Of a stretch of 64,000 nucleotides of DNA, positions 24,801 through 38,608 are shown one piece after another (the first letter of the stretch is position 1; every line of letters starts with the position of its first letter). Origin of the DNA: Octopus sinensis. Lineage: Eukaryota. The position numbers and the translations under genes are program-made. The stretch covers positions 54,014,464 to 54,078,463 of the forward strand of contig NC_043011.1 of the NCBI RefSeq assembly GCF_006345805.1, in the 5' to 3' direction. The notes under the pieces were generated by a model that saw nothing but the letters and a program-made list of their open reading frames with translations, did no database searches and was not told the origin of the DNA.

Positions 24801-27800
24801 TCTTGGCCCCCTTTTCTGTGATTGGCCGGATCCCCTTCCTGCATACCCAGCATCAGCATCAGTTCCTGCTGTTGCTCTTGTGCACATGGGGCAGCAAGTT
24901 GATACCACTGGTCTCTGCTAACTCCAGTTTTCTCTGCATAGGTACAGGCATGGCTGTGTGGTAAGAAGCTTGTTTACCAGCCACATAGTTCTGGGTTCAG
25001 TCCCATTGTGTGGCACCTTGGGCAAATATGTCTTTTACTATAGCCTCGGACTGACCAAAGCCTTGCCAGTGGATTTGGTAGACAGAAACTGAAAGAAGCC
25101 CGTCATAAATATATATATATATATATATGTATTGATATATATATATAGGTGTGACTGTGTGATAAGAAGCTTGCTTCCCAACCTCATGGTTCCGGGTTCA
25201 GTCCTACTGCATGGAGCCCTGCCCAAGTGTCTTCTACTATAACCTCGGGCCAACCAAAGCCCTGTGAATGGATTTGGTAGACGGAAACTGAAAGAAGTCC
25301 GTCGTATATATATAGAGGAATAGAAGAGGAGGAGGAAAAGGAAGACATCACTCTGAATCTATGTGTGTGTATATGTTTGTGTGTCTGTGTTTGTCCCCCA
25401 ACATCGCTGGTGTGGTTGGTGTTACGAAGAACATCCAGCCATAAAAACCATATCAAATCAGACAACTGAAAACTGGACAGCTCTCCAGCTGGCCAGCTCC
25501 TTATTTCTTTACTGCCCACGAGGGGCTAAACATAGAGGGACAAACAAGGACAGACGAAGGGATTAAGTCGATTATATCGACCCCAATGTGTAACTGGTAC
25601 TTAATTTATCGACCTTGAAAGGATGAAAGGCAAAGTTGACCTCAACGGAATTTGAACTCAGAACGTAATGGCAGACGAAATACCTATTTCTTTACTACCC
25701 ACAAGGGGCTAAACACAGAGAGGACAAACAAGGACAGACAAATGGATTAAGTCGATTATATCGACCCCAGTGTGTAACTGGTACTTATTTAATCGACTCC
25801 AAAAGGATGAAAAGCAAAGTCGACCATGGCGGAATTTGAACTCAGAACATAATGGCAGACGAAATACCACTAAGCATTTCACCCGGCGTGCTAACGTTTC
25901 TCCCAGCTCTCCACCTTTGACAGGAGCTGGCCAGCTCCTGTCAAACCATACAACCCATGCTAGCATGGAAAACAGACGTTAAATGACAATGATGAGGGTG
26001 GTTTGCATTGATTTCCTGTTGCCCTCATTAAAAGTAAATAATTAGCTTATATTGCTTACTGTTATTTAGTACTGTTTTACCATCATAGTCATTTTACAAT
26101 AGATATGTATGTAATTCAAAATATAAACAATAATAAACCATAAAATGAATTTTTAATTTTAAAAATAGAATAAGACTAAAACAGCAAGATGGAAAATAAT
26201 GTATATTTTTGTATACTCCAACTTTATTTATATTTGATAAAAGTTTCTCCGATTTTTTTGAATTGCAAAATCTTTGATCAAATTTTCAAAATTAATTTTA
26301 CATAACAAATCTTTTTCTATACTTAGTACAGATAAAGGCATCCCGGATATTATTTTAGCAAGTTTAAAGTGATCTCTTTTGTGCTGTAAATCCTTTACCA
26401 TTTCTCAACTGGTACTTATTTTATCAACCCCCAAAAGGATGAAAGGTAAAATCGACCTTGGCAGAATTTGAACTCAGAATGTGAACATGGATAAAATACT
26501 GCTCAGCATGTTACCCAGCATGCAAACGATTCTGCCAGTTCACCACCTTATGTATTACAAATAGACATACTAATGACTCTTCCATTGTATAGTTCAGTTT
26601 TCACACATGGTCTCAGATCATTTTCTAAATAAAGACAATTCCTAAAATATTTTAGGCTTCACGATGATGAGCAAGGCTCAGAAACTAGTCTCTGGATGCA
26701 GGCTTAGCTGGGTGGAGGTGCTTGTCTACCCCTCGTAAACATAAGGACACAGGAAATGTGTCAAGGCCGACAGGAAGCGTTGATGCTTCCTAGGGCTAAA
26801 TAGCGGTGGTGTGATTCCCTTCATGGGACTGTCACATTAAGTTGATAGTATACAACTACTCTAGAATATTTTGTTTTCCAGCAAATATTTTGAATTTTGG
26901 GCTCTACTTAACGTATCACCTACTGCACATACAAGTTGTATGACTAATGACATCACATATTTAAAATGAATTTTTGTTAATGTGTTTATGTACTCCACTG
27001 AACATGTCATGCATCCAGTGTATGGGTTATGTGAAAAATAATGTCTTTTATAAGGAAAATAAATGTGAAATATGAGCTGATGAATGAGGAGTATTTAAGT
27101 AATCATTTGATCTGCTAGAAATAGCAACCAAATTACCTACAAAATCTCATGTTACTTGTCTTCAAGAAAGAATGACACAGGGGATAATGTATGAAAAAAA
27201 GATGGGATAATCGTAATCATAGTTGGAATGTTTTGATCTGGGCTGACTGGGGTTAAATGAGATCAATAATGAGAAAATTTAGTTAAAAATATGGCTTATA
27301 CGAAACTAGTGAAATGAATGAAAGGAAAAATAAAACGCATTAGAAAAACATTGAAATACAATTACACACTACAAACACATACACGAACACACTCATACAC
27401 ACACACACACACATTAACATTTATTGCACATATATATACACACACATACATATAATGATTTCAAATTTTGTGTCTTCCGCTTTCCACAACTCAGAGGTGC
27501 AGAAAGAGGGAAACATGAAAAACACTTCATTTGTACGATGAAAGACTCAAACAAAGCAATCAATAAACAATAAATGTACTAATTAACAATTAAGAAATGA
27601 ATTACGACTGGTGAGTGTTTTTATTAGCAGAACGACCCTCTCTAAGTACATCGCTAACTTTTACGAGCACTTTGGTTATTATTGATTTCTGATATTGATC
27701 CAATGTCACAGAATTTTTGGCAAAGGAACCGTTGATAATATCAACTTCAATACCTGAACTGTGTTTTCACATTTTTGTTTATAGATTCTTATTTTGGTAG

Positions 27801-28002
27801 AATGAAAGGTAAAAATCAATGTTGATCGGATTTGAACTTTGAACAAAAACCGACACAAACGGAATATTGTTAAGTGTTTGTTGTGACATTCTATCAATTC
27901 TATACAGCCTTTAGTTTAGCTAATCCTTTGCCAATTCTTGCTTCTGCTTCAATTAATTTTGAAAATGATGAAGAATTTAGTGAAATAACTTTGTCATTGT
28001 TC

Positions 28003-28165
28003 TATATTTAAGAGATGAGGAATTCTCTACATTATTTACATTATTTACATTCAATGGATATTTGTCCTCATCTTGTTTGTTGTTAACACAACATTTCCAT
28101 CCTTCTTCAGGTGTGTTGGGGAAATTTCAAACCTGGGTTCTTATTCCTAAGGTACTTTTTTGATG

Positions 28166-28203
<38 letters not shown>

Positions 28204-28847
28204 GAGTGGGAGAGCAGTGCATGCCATCAAAGTGACACTGGGGTAAAATATACGAAGCTCAGTATATCCATCATGACTACCCGTCTGATAAGGGTACACT
28301 AGGCTCATGCATCACAACCATGTGTGCGCGACATGGTGATCTTATATCAAGATAAACAGTGCATGACCTTGCAAGTGGGGCCCAGTTAGAATTTTCTTCT
28401 GGTTGAGTAACCCATCTTGCTCAAAAGGTCCCTGAATAAGGATGTTGAACGAACCACCCATGTTTCCAAAAGTGAATTATCCAAACCCTATAGAATTTCT
28501 CTCAACACATGGCTATGATGCTCTCCCACTACTTCTGCTCGTGATCAGAGATGCACATATTATCAGCAACCAAGGGACATGCTCAACTGGTTAAGGTCAA
28601 ACAACTGACAAGCAAATCTGTGGTATTGAGCAGAATATTTGCTGTAGCCCATCGTTTATACCAAGACAAAACATATTATTATTATTATTAGTGTTCAGGT
28701 CACTGCTTGGAATCGAACTCAGATATGTCCATGGGCATATGGCGTAGTGGTCAAGAGTGCGGGCTACTAACCCCAAGATTCCGAGTTCGATTCCAAACAG
28801 TGACCTGAACACTAATAATAATAATAATAATAATAATAACAATAATA

Positions 28848-28882
<35 letters not shown>

Positions 28883-29065
28883 AATAATAATGATAATAAT
28901 AATAATAATAATAATAACATCGAAAAATACCTTAGGAATGAGAACCCAGGTTCGAAATTTCCCCAAGACACCTGAAGAAGGCTGGAGGGTATATCAGCTG
29001 AAACATTGTTTGACAACAAACAAGATGAGGACAAATATCCGTCGAATGTAAATAATGTAAATAAT
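28003..29065. mobile_element. Second inverted pair of the tRNA-headed hammerhead element
   Basis: Minus copy 28003-28730 is interrupted in its AAT tract by another repeat. Plus copy from 28733 has A box TGGCGTAGTGG, B box GAGTTCGATTCC, (AAT/GAT)n and a decayed hammerhead near 28967-29013. Confidence 0.72.
28205..28672 (-). mobile_element. Interspersed repeat (related segments at about 9050-9480, 16430-16770, 56350-56790)
   Basis: Shared GAGCATGTCCCTTAGTG...GTGCATCTCTGATC...GGAGTAGTGG core across copies. Confidence 0.6.
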
Positions 29066-29099
29066 GAACTTTGTCATTATTTAGCTGGTATTAAGAGCT

Positions 29100-30070
29100 T
29101 ATATTGATTTCAAATTTTGGCACAAGGCCAGCAAGTTCAAAGGAGTGGGTAAGTGAATTTACATTGATCCTAGTATTCAATTGGTACTTATTTTATTGAT
29201 CCTGAAAGGATGAAAAGCAAAGATAACCTCAGCAGAATTTGAACTCAGAACATAAGCATTTTGTTTGGCATGCCCAAATTCTGCCATCTCATGACCTTAT
29301 GTCGTAGTTTTTATATTGCTTTCAAGTTTCAGTACAAAGACAGCAAGTTTGGTGGTGGGGGTGGGGTAGGGGTATAAGTTGATTACATCAACCCCAGTAT
29401 TTAACTGGTACTTATTTTATCAACCTCAAAAGGATGAAAGGCAAAGTAAACTTTGGTAGCATTTGAACTTAGAACATTGAAATTTTTGGAGAGGGGCCAG
29501 TCGATTAGATCGACTCCAGTATGCAACTGGTACTTAATTTATCGACCCTGAAAGGATGAAAGGCAAAGTCGGCCTTGGCGGAATTTGAACTCAGAACTGC
29601 CGAAATACAGCTAAGCATTTCGCCTGGCGTGCTAACGATTCTTTTCTATTCTAGGCACAAGGCCTGAAATTTTGGGGGAGGGGGCCAGTTGATTAGATCG
29701 ACCCCAGTATGCAACTGCTGCTTAATTTATCGACCCCGAAAGGATAAAAGGCAAAGTCGACTTCACTGGAATTTAAACTCAGAATGTAAAACTGCTAAGC
29801 ATTTCACCTGGCGTGCTCACATTTCTGGCAGTTCACTGCCCTGTTGGGAATTCATATTGGTTTCAATTTCCTTTCAAGCACAAGGCCAGCAATTTCAGGG
29901 AAGTAGCTAAGTCAGTTACATCAATCCCAGTGCCCGACTTGTGCTTATTTTATCGACTCCCAAAAGGGATTAAGGGCAAAGGTGACCTCAGTGGAATTTG
30001 AACACAGAATGAGCAGATGGATGAAATGCTGGCAAGCACTTTGCCCAGTGTGCCAATGCTTCTGCCAGCT
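29100..30070 (-). mobile_element. Cluster of several nested/partial family B SINE copies
   Basis: AAAGGATGAAAGGCAAAG...GAATTTGAACTC motif recurs about five times. Confidence 0.65.
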
Positions 30071-30160
30071 CATGGTTCTATTTGGAACTTATATCAACAT
30101 GAAATTTTGATGGAAAGATTTTATTTCAATCACTTCAAAGCAGAAAATTTGTACAGTTCT

Positions 30161-31140
<980 letters not shown>

Positions 31141-31459
31141 GAAAATGTGTATCTTAGAACCCAGAGCTGTCTCGAACTGGTTGGTATGAAAAGGGTTAAA
31201 AACATTTCTTTAGGTTACGTGATAAAACTAAGGTAGCAGTCCTACTTGTTGTGCATAGTGCATACAGTGACTGTTACGATAATCATACACAGTGTCACTG
31301 TAATTCCATCTTTCCTTCAACCAGGTGTAAAAAGTAAATTAATGTAGCAGTCAGGTGTGCCTGCTCCTACTTACCTTTAACTAATTGTCACTGAAAACCA
31401 ACTAATTAAACGGTAATTAAGTTATGTGACACGATACTTTAATGATGTTGGTAATGTAA

Positions 31460-32460
31460 TTGGGAATACATCTTGTAGTGTTGGAGTTTAGCAGTGGTAA
31501 TGGTGGGGGTGGCAAAGTTGGGGATGGCTATGTTGGTAGTGGTGTTGTTGCTGTTGATGGTGGTGGTGGTGCTGGTGGAGGTTATGTTGGTGGTAGTGTT
31601 AGTGGTGATATTTGGTTTGGTTGTAGTAGGATTAGTGTAGTTGTTGTTGTTGGTGTAAATGGTGGTGGTTGTGGTTGTTGTGGTGTTGGTGGTGTTGGTG
31701 GTGGTTGTGGTGTTGGTGGTGATGGTGGTAGTTGTGGTGTTGGTGGTTGTTGTGGTGTTGGTGGTAGTTGTGGTGTTGGTGGTAGTGTGGTGTTGGTGGT
31801 GGTGTGGTGTTGGTGTGGTTGTGGTGTGGTGGTGGTTGTGGTGTTGGTGGTGTTGGTGGTGGTGTGGTGTTGGTGGTGGTGTGGTGTTGGTGTGGTTGTG
31901 GTGTGGTGGTAGTTGTGGTGTTGGTGGTAGTTGTGGTGTTGGTGGTAGTTGTGGTGTTGGTGGTGTTGGTGGTGGTGTGGTGTTGGTGGTGGTTGTTGTG
32001 TTGGTGGTGGTTGTTGTGTTGGTGGTGGTTGTAGTGTTGGTGGTAGTTGTGGTGTTGGTGGTGGTTGTGGTGTTGGTGGTAGTTGTGGTGTTGGTGGTGG
32101 TTGTGGTGTTGGTGGTGGTGGTTGTGGTTGTTGGTGGTAGTTGTGGTGTTGGTGGTAGTTGTGGTGTTGGTGGTGGTTGTGGTGTTGGTGGTGTTGGTGG
32201 TGGTTGTGGTGTTGGTGGTGGTTGTGGTGTTGGTGGTGGTTGTTGTGTTGGTGGTAGTTGTGGTGTTGGTGGTAGTTGTGGTGTTGGTGGTAGTTGTGGT
32301 GTTGGTGGTAGTTGTGGTGTTGGTGGTGGTTGTTGTGTTGGTGGTGGTTGTTGTGTTGGTGGTGGTTGTAGTGTTGGTGGTGGTTGTGGTGTTGGTGGTA
32401 GTTGTGGTGTTGGTGGTAGTTGTGGTGTTGGTGGTTGTGCTGGTGGTGATTGTGGTGTTC
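31460..32460. repeat. GT-rich 18-bp minisatellite (GTTGTGGTGTTGGTGGTA/G)
   Basis: Tandem units; explains the HHNYHQ, TNTTTT and PPTPQL ORFs. Confidence 0.9.
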
Positions 32461-32760
32461 ATACATCACATTCTACTGTCTTTATTGAATGTTTTGACCA
32501 TCCCATCATTTTTCTATATTCAGATACACTATATCTGAATGTAAAAAATGATGGGATGGTCACAGCAGGAATGACTTTGATTGCAAGTCTGTCTAGCAGG
32601 ATTGACCTGGGGCTAAACTCCACCCCCACATAATTTCATCAGGGCTGGTAAGGAGATATTGACTAAAGTAGTTGCTGCTATACCATGGTTGAATAGAAAG
32701 AAAGAAAGAAAGAAAGAAAAAAAGAAAGACGGGATTATTGTGGCTGGAATTCCTTTAGCA

Positions 32761-33230
32761 CAGTGGTTCTCGACTGGCGTCTATATAAAATTTACCAGTT
32801 AGAATTAATGTGCAATAAATTGGTTATACTGTCACAGAAGGTTTGGGGAACATTTTAAACTAATTACCCCAAAATATATTTATTTACGTTGACGTTACCC
32901 CCTTAAGTTGATTAGAAGAAAATCATGGATAACGAGGAACACATTTTTTATATAATTTTACTTATGACTAATGAGTCCTCATTACCCCAAGAATTTCATT
33001 TTTACCCCACTTGGGATAATTTACCCCAGTTTACCAACCCCTTTTCTACAGTACACAAAATGTTTTAACAAATTTTTTTACACAGTTCCTTATAATATCT
33101 AATTATAAAAATTTAATGGAACTTTTTAAAACATTGAATGGTTATTAGGGTCCTGTAGAATGAAATAGGAATCAAAGGGGATCCAAAAGCAAAGGGGCTT
33201 TGTAGGCAAAAAAATGGTTCAGGACCACTG
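32761..33230. mobile_element. hAT-type MITE
   Basis: CAGTGGTTCTC...GGACCACTG termini; 8-bp flanks CTTTAGCA / TTTTAGCA. Confidence 0.6.
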
Positions 33231-33579
33231 TTTTAGCAGTGGCTCTCAACCAATGTTTTTGCCTCTGGCCATATCCAGCCCAAATATTCTACCTGTTGCA
33301 TGTTCATCCTAGTCAGATCTGTCCTCTCTCACCTACTCTACAATGTCATTCTGAAAACAAACAATCACAAAATCTCAAAGCTACGAGATAATGCATGATT
33401 AATTCAAAACACTGTGAATAAATAAATATTACATTTGACAGGGTAATCTGAATGCTATGGGGGTCATCAATCTGCTTGATTAGGGCTGGTCCTGATCAAT
33501 GTATTTGTGGGAATATTTTCAGCAAGTGATATGTATATATATATATATATATTTTGACATCCAGATTATTTTATGAGTG

Positions 33580-33818
33580 GAGGCATGTGGCTTAGTGGTT
33601 AGGGTGTCAGCATCACGATTGTAAGATTGTGGTTTTGATTCCCGGACTGGGCTACGCGTTGTGTTCTTGAGCAAAACACTTCATTTCACGTTGCTCCAGT
33701 CCACTCAGCTGGCAAAAATGAGTAAGCTTGCAATGAACTGGTGTCCCATCCAGCTGGGGAACAAATACGCCATAGAAACCAGGAAACCGGGCCCATGAGC
33801 CTGGTTAGGCTTTAAAAT
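33580..33818 (+). mobile_element. tRNA-derived SINE (family D)
   Basis: GGAGGCATGTGGCTTAGTGGTTAGGG...TTCTTGAGCAAAACACTTCAT...; related copies on the minus strand at about 135-350, 14476-14722 and 60440-60625. Confidence 0.7.
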
Positions 33819-33825
33819 GGCATAT

Positions 33826-33856
<31 letters not shown>

Positions 33857-34683
33857 TTATTTTATGAAAAAAAAGTACACGCTTGTAAGTCTTTTAATTA
33901 AAAAAATGTTAAATTTTTGCCAAAATGGAATCATTTATTGTATTCAGATATTAAAAAGAAATATTTATCATAACAAATATTTAATTTAAGTTTGATTATT
34001 TTGTTGTTCTCTAATTCTATAAATTCTTTAAATTACATTGTCTTTTAAATTTTGGCACAAGGCCAGCAGTTTTGGGGGAGGGTGTACATCAACTCCAGAG
34101 TTCAACTGGTACATATTTTATTGACCCCGGAAGGAAGAAAGGCAAAGTTGACTGTGGCAGAATTTGAACTCAGGACATAAAGATAAATGAAATGCTGCTA
34201 AGCATTTTGCCCAGTGTGTTAATAGTTCTGCCCGTTTTCCATCTTAACCCTTAAATTTATATTGATTTCAAATTTTGGTGCAAAGCCAGCCATTTTGAGA
34301 GATGGGATAAGTCAATTACATCAACCCCAGTGTTTAACTGCTACTTATTTTATCGACCCCCCAGAAGGAAGAAAGGCGAAGTTGCTTGGCAGAATTTGAA
34401 CTCAGAGCCAAAAGACAGACAAAATGCCTCTTAGCATTTTGCTGGGTTTGTTAACAATTCTGCCAGCTTACCACTCTTTTACTCTTTTACTTGTTTCAGT
34501 TATTTGACTGCAGCCATGCTGGAGCACCGCTTTAAGTTGACCAAATCGACCCCAGGACTTATTCTTTGTAAGCCTAGTACTTATTCTATTGGTCTCTTTT
34601 TGCCGAACCGTTAAGTTACAGGGACGTAAACACACAGGCATCGGTTGTCAAGCGATGTTGGGGGGAGAAACACAGACACACAA

Positions 34684-34722
<39 letters not shown>

Positions 34723-34912
34723 TATTAGGGAGTTATAGCCACGAAATGTATGTAGTCTTTTTACTTATTATATACTGTTTACTTATTATTATGTACTTTT
34801 TTTTATCTAGATATGTTTTATCATATATTTTATTTTTTCTATATGATATGGTTTATGTCTATCAATGTTTGAATTACATAATAGTGGTTTTCCTCTAATT
34901 TATATATATTAG

Positions 34913-35098
34913 GTCTCACCAAGGAAATGACTGAAGACCGAGTCCTATGGAAGTGTGCTGTGCATGAGAGGACCCGGCAGGACTAGTCAGGCCATATCCC
35001 GTGGCCCCTACCTGGGACGTAGTCGATCCACCTGTGCATACCTTCCTTCTTGTGACACTTGTGAAGACCTGCTGAGGCAAGTGAAAATCAATCAAAAT
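34913..35098 (+). mobile_element. RTE-like LINE 3' end with (AAATC)n tail
   Basis: GLTKEMTEDRVLWKCAVHERTRQD*, then 3' UTR and AAAATCAATCAAAAT. Confidence 0.6.
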
Positions 35099-35407
35099 AG
35101 ATGAACATCAATGGAATTTGTATCTTTGTGGTACCAGTGCCTGTGGCACACAAGAAAACCATCCGAACGTGGCCGTAGCCAGTACCGCATCGACTGGCCT
35201 CCGTGCTGTGGGAACATGGTGGCACATAAAAACACCATCCGAAGACCCGGCAAGACTAGTCAGGTCATAACCCGTGGGCCCTACCTGGGACGTAGTCAGT
35301 CCACCTGTACATACCTTCCGACTTGTGAAGACCTGCTGAGGCAAGTGAAAATCAAATCAAATCAAAACAAATCAAAATAGATGAACATCAATGGAATTTG
35401 TATCCTT

Positions 35408-35760
35408 GTGGTACCAGTGCCAGTGGCACACAAGAATCCATCCGAACGTGGCCGTAGTCAGTACCGCTTGTGGTACCAGTGCCGGTGGCACACAAGAATC
35501 CATCCGAACGTGGCCGTAGTCAGTACCGCTTGTGGTACCAGTGCCGGTGGCACACAAGAATCCATTGTATCCTTGTGGTACCAGTGCCAGTGGCACACAA
35601 GAATCCATCCGAACGTGGCCGTAGTCAGTACCGCTTGTGGTACCAGTGCCGGTGGCACACAAGAATCCATCCGAACGTGGCCGTAGTCAGTACCGCTTGT
35701 GGTACCAGTGCCGGTGGCACACAAGAATCCATCCGAACATGGCCGTAGTCAGTACCGCAT
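35408..35760. repeat. 62-bp tandem repeat with a 167-bp higher-order duplication
   Basis: GTGGTACC unit starts at 35408, 35470, 35532 (truncated), 35575, 35637, 35699. Confidence 0.88.
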
Positions 35761-36519
35761 CACTGGCCATCGTGCTGTGGGCACATAACAAACACCATCC
35801 GGTCGTGGCCGTTCGCCAGCCTCATCTAGCACCTGTGTCGGTGGCACATAAAAACACCTTCCGAAGACCCGGCAAGACTAGTCAGGCCATAAACCATGGC
35901 CCCTACCTGGGACGTAGTCAGTCCACCTGTGCATACCTTCCTCCTTGTGATACTTGTGAAGGCCTGTTGAGGCAAGTGAAAATCAAAGGCCTGTTGAGGC
36001 AAGTGAAAATCAAAATCAAAATCAAATCAAAACAAATCAAAATAGATGAACATCAATGGAATTTGTATCTTTGTGGTACCAGTGCCGGTGGCACACAAGA
36101 GAAAACCATCCGAAAGCGGCCGTAGCCAGTACCGCATCGACTGGCCTCCGTTCTGTGGGCACATGACAAACACCATCCGATCGTGGCCGTTCGCCAGCCT
36201 CATCTAGCACCTGTGTCGGTGGCACATAAAAAACACCATCCGAAGACCCGGCAAGACTAGTCAGGCCATAACCCATGGCCCCTACCTGGGACGTAGTCAG
36301 TCCACCTGTGCATACCTTCCTTCTTGTGACACTTGTGAAGACCTGTTGAGGCAAGTGAAAATCAAATCAAATCAAATCAAAACAAATCAAAATAGATGAA
36401 CATCAATGGAATTTGTATCTTTGTGGTACCAGTGCCGGTGGCACGTGGCACATAAGAAAACCATCCGAACGTGGCCGTAGCCAGTACCGCATCGACTGGC
36501 CTCCGTGCTGTGGGCACGT

Positions 36520-36835
36520 AACAAGCACCATCCGATCGTGGCCGTTTGCCAGCCTCATCTGGCACCTGTGTCGGTGGCACATAAAAACACCATCCGAGCG
36601 TGGCCGTCTGCCAGCCTCGTCTGGCACCTGTGTCGGTGGCACATAAAAACACCATCCGAGCGTGGCCGTCTGCCAGCCTCGTCTGGCACCTGTGTCGGTG
36701 GCACATAAAAAACACCATCCGAGCGTGGCCGTCTGCCAGCCTCGTCTGGCACCTGTGTCGGTGGCACATATAAAACACCATCCGAGCGTGGCCGTTTGTC
36801 AGCCTCGTCTGGCACCTGTGTCGGTGGCACATAAA
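36520..36835. repeat. About 61-63-bp tandem repeat, roughly five copies
   Basis: AAAACACCATCCGAGCGTGGCCGTCTGCCAGCCTCGTCTGGCACCTGTGTCGGTGGCACAT repeated. Confidence 0.85.
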
Positions 36836-37010
36836 ATCACCCACTACACTCTCGGAGTGGTTGGCGTTAGGAAGGGCATCCAGCTGTAGAAACACTGCCA
36901 GATCTGACTGGACTGGTGCAGCTTTCGGGCTCCCCAGACCCCAGTTGAACCGTCCAACCCATGCTAGCATGGAAAGCGGACGTTAAATGATGATGATGAT
37001 GATGATGATG

Positions 37011-37041
<31 letters not shown>

Positions 37042-37349
37042 TATATATACACACACACGCACATATATACGACAGGCTTCTTTCAGTTTCTGTCTATCAA
37101 ATCCACTCACAAGGCTTTGGTCAGCCTGAGGCTATAGTAGAAGACACTTGCCTAAGGTGCCAATTTTTAAAAATTATATTACCAGCAAATTTATTTGATA
37201 CTGCTAGATTTAATTTTAACCATTCTTTCAGAACTGCTATAAACACCGCAGTAGGTAAAAATTTATTTAAAGCTTATTTAAAGTTTATCTTGAGTTTATC
37301 ATATGTGCATAATATACAATGCCAATATGTAATGAAGTTTATATGTACT

Positions 37350-38220
37350 GCATGACTGATATCTTTGGCAAAGTTTAAGCTATTGTGTGATATCTGCAGT
37401 AATTTTTAATCAAAGATATAATAGAGTATTCATACTAAAGTTAAATTACAGTGATATCTATGATCAAATTTACCAATTGTGTGATATCTGTGATAAAGTT
37501 CAATCTCTTGTATGACATTTATGATAAAGTTTTACCCAAGAGTTGATATCTATGGTAAAGTTTGAGCTATTGTGTGAAATCTGTGATAATTTTTATTCAC
37601 TGCTTATACTTGGATAAAGTTCATAGTAAAGTTAATTTATTATAACATCTACAGTTGAGTTTTACATTGCATGATACCTGCATCAAAGTTTATTCTACTG
37701 TGATATATCTGAGATGAAATTTATCCTATTGAGTGATATCTGTAGTAAAGTTTATACATTGTATTATATCTGAGGAAAAATTTAACCTACATTGTAAAAT
37801 AATATTTGTCTAAAGTTTAATTTACTGTGTGATATTTGTGATAAAGAGTATTCTAATGTCTGTTATCCGTAGTAAAGTTAATTTGCTGTATGGCATCTAT
37901 GGTCAAGTTCATCTCTAGCAATATATATATATATATATATAAATATTTATACACATACATATACTAGAATTTAATCTATTTTGTGCCATTTATGATACAA
38001 TTTATTCTGATATGTGATATCTATGATAACTTAGTTTATTATGTTATACCTGCTGTAAAGTTTATTTCTACAGCATGATATAATATTCATACTATAGTCA
38101 ATTTACTTTGAGGCATCTGTGATCAAGTTTTATCTATCACATGATATCTGATAAAGTTTAGTATATGGAGTGATATCTATGGTAAAATGTGTGCCATTGT
38201 GTAATATCAATAATGAAAGT
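37350..38220. repeat. Old degenerate minisatellite, about 31-bp period
   Basis: Recurring GTGATATCTRTGRTAAAGTT motif, e.g. GTGATATCTGTGATAAAGTTCAATCTCTTGT. Confidence 0.65.
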
Positions 38221-38608
38221 TTATCCATGGCTATATGGTTAAGAAGCTTACTTTGTGACCATGGGATTTAGGTTTCAGTCCTACTATGCAGTACCTTGAG
38301 CAAATGTCTTTTACTTTTGTTCCTGGCCAACCAAAGCCTTGTGAGTGAAATTGGTGGATGGAAACTATGAGGAAGTCTGTTATATATATATGTATACCTG
38401 TTTGTGTTTGTTGTGTTTGTTTTCCACGAATGCTTGATAGCTGGAGTTGGTTTGTTTATATCCCTATAACAAAAGACACTGACAGAATAAGTTCCAGACT
38501 TAAAATAAGTACTGAGGTTGATTTATTCAACTAAACCCTTCAAGGTGGTACTCCAGCATGACCGCAGTCCAGTGACAAAAGATAAAAAAACAAAAAGGTA
38601 AAGAAATA

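Noticed and set aside
24418-24921. Poly-His, poly-Gly and poly-Val ORFs beside the EVA-1 exon
   Set aside because: Trinucleotide microsatellite translations in the intron; the true acceptor is at 24043-24042.
27600-27753. Possible extra EVA-1 exon (GIEVDIINGSFAKNSV...)
   Set aside because: No phase-1 donor was found, no family similarity is evident, and the flanking exons already join in frame.
28733-28810. Functional tRNA gene (also 30215-30290 and 13520-13596)
   Set aside because: A and B boxes are present, but acceptor-stem pairing is poor, there is no T-run terminator, and each continues into a repeat body; these are SINE heads.
31582-32469. Thr-rich mucin-like ORF on the EVA-1 sense strand as an alternative stalk exon
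   Set aside because: It is an 18-bp minisatellite open in several frames, and there is no pyrimidine-rich acceptor upstream on the minus strand.
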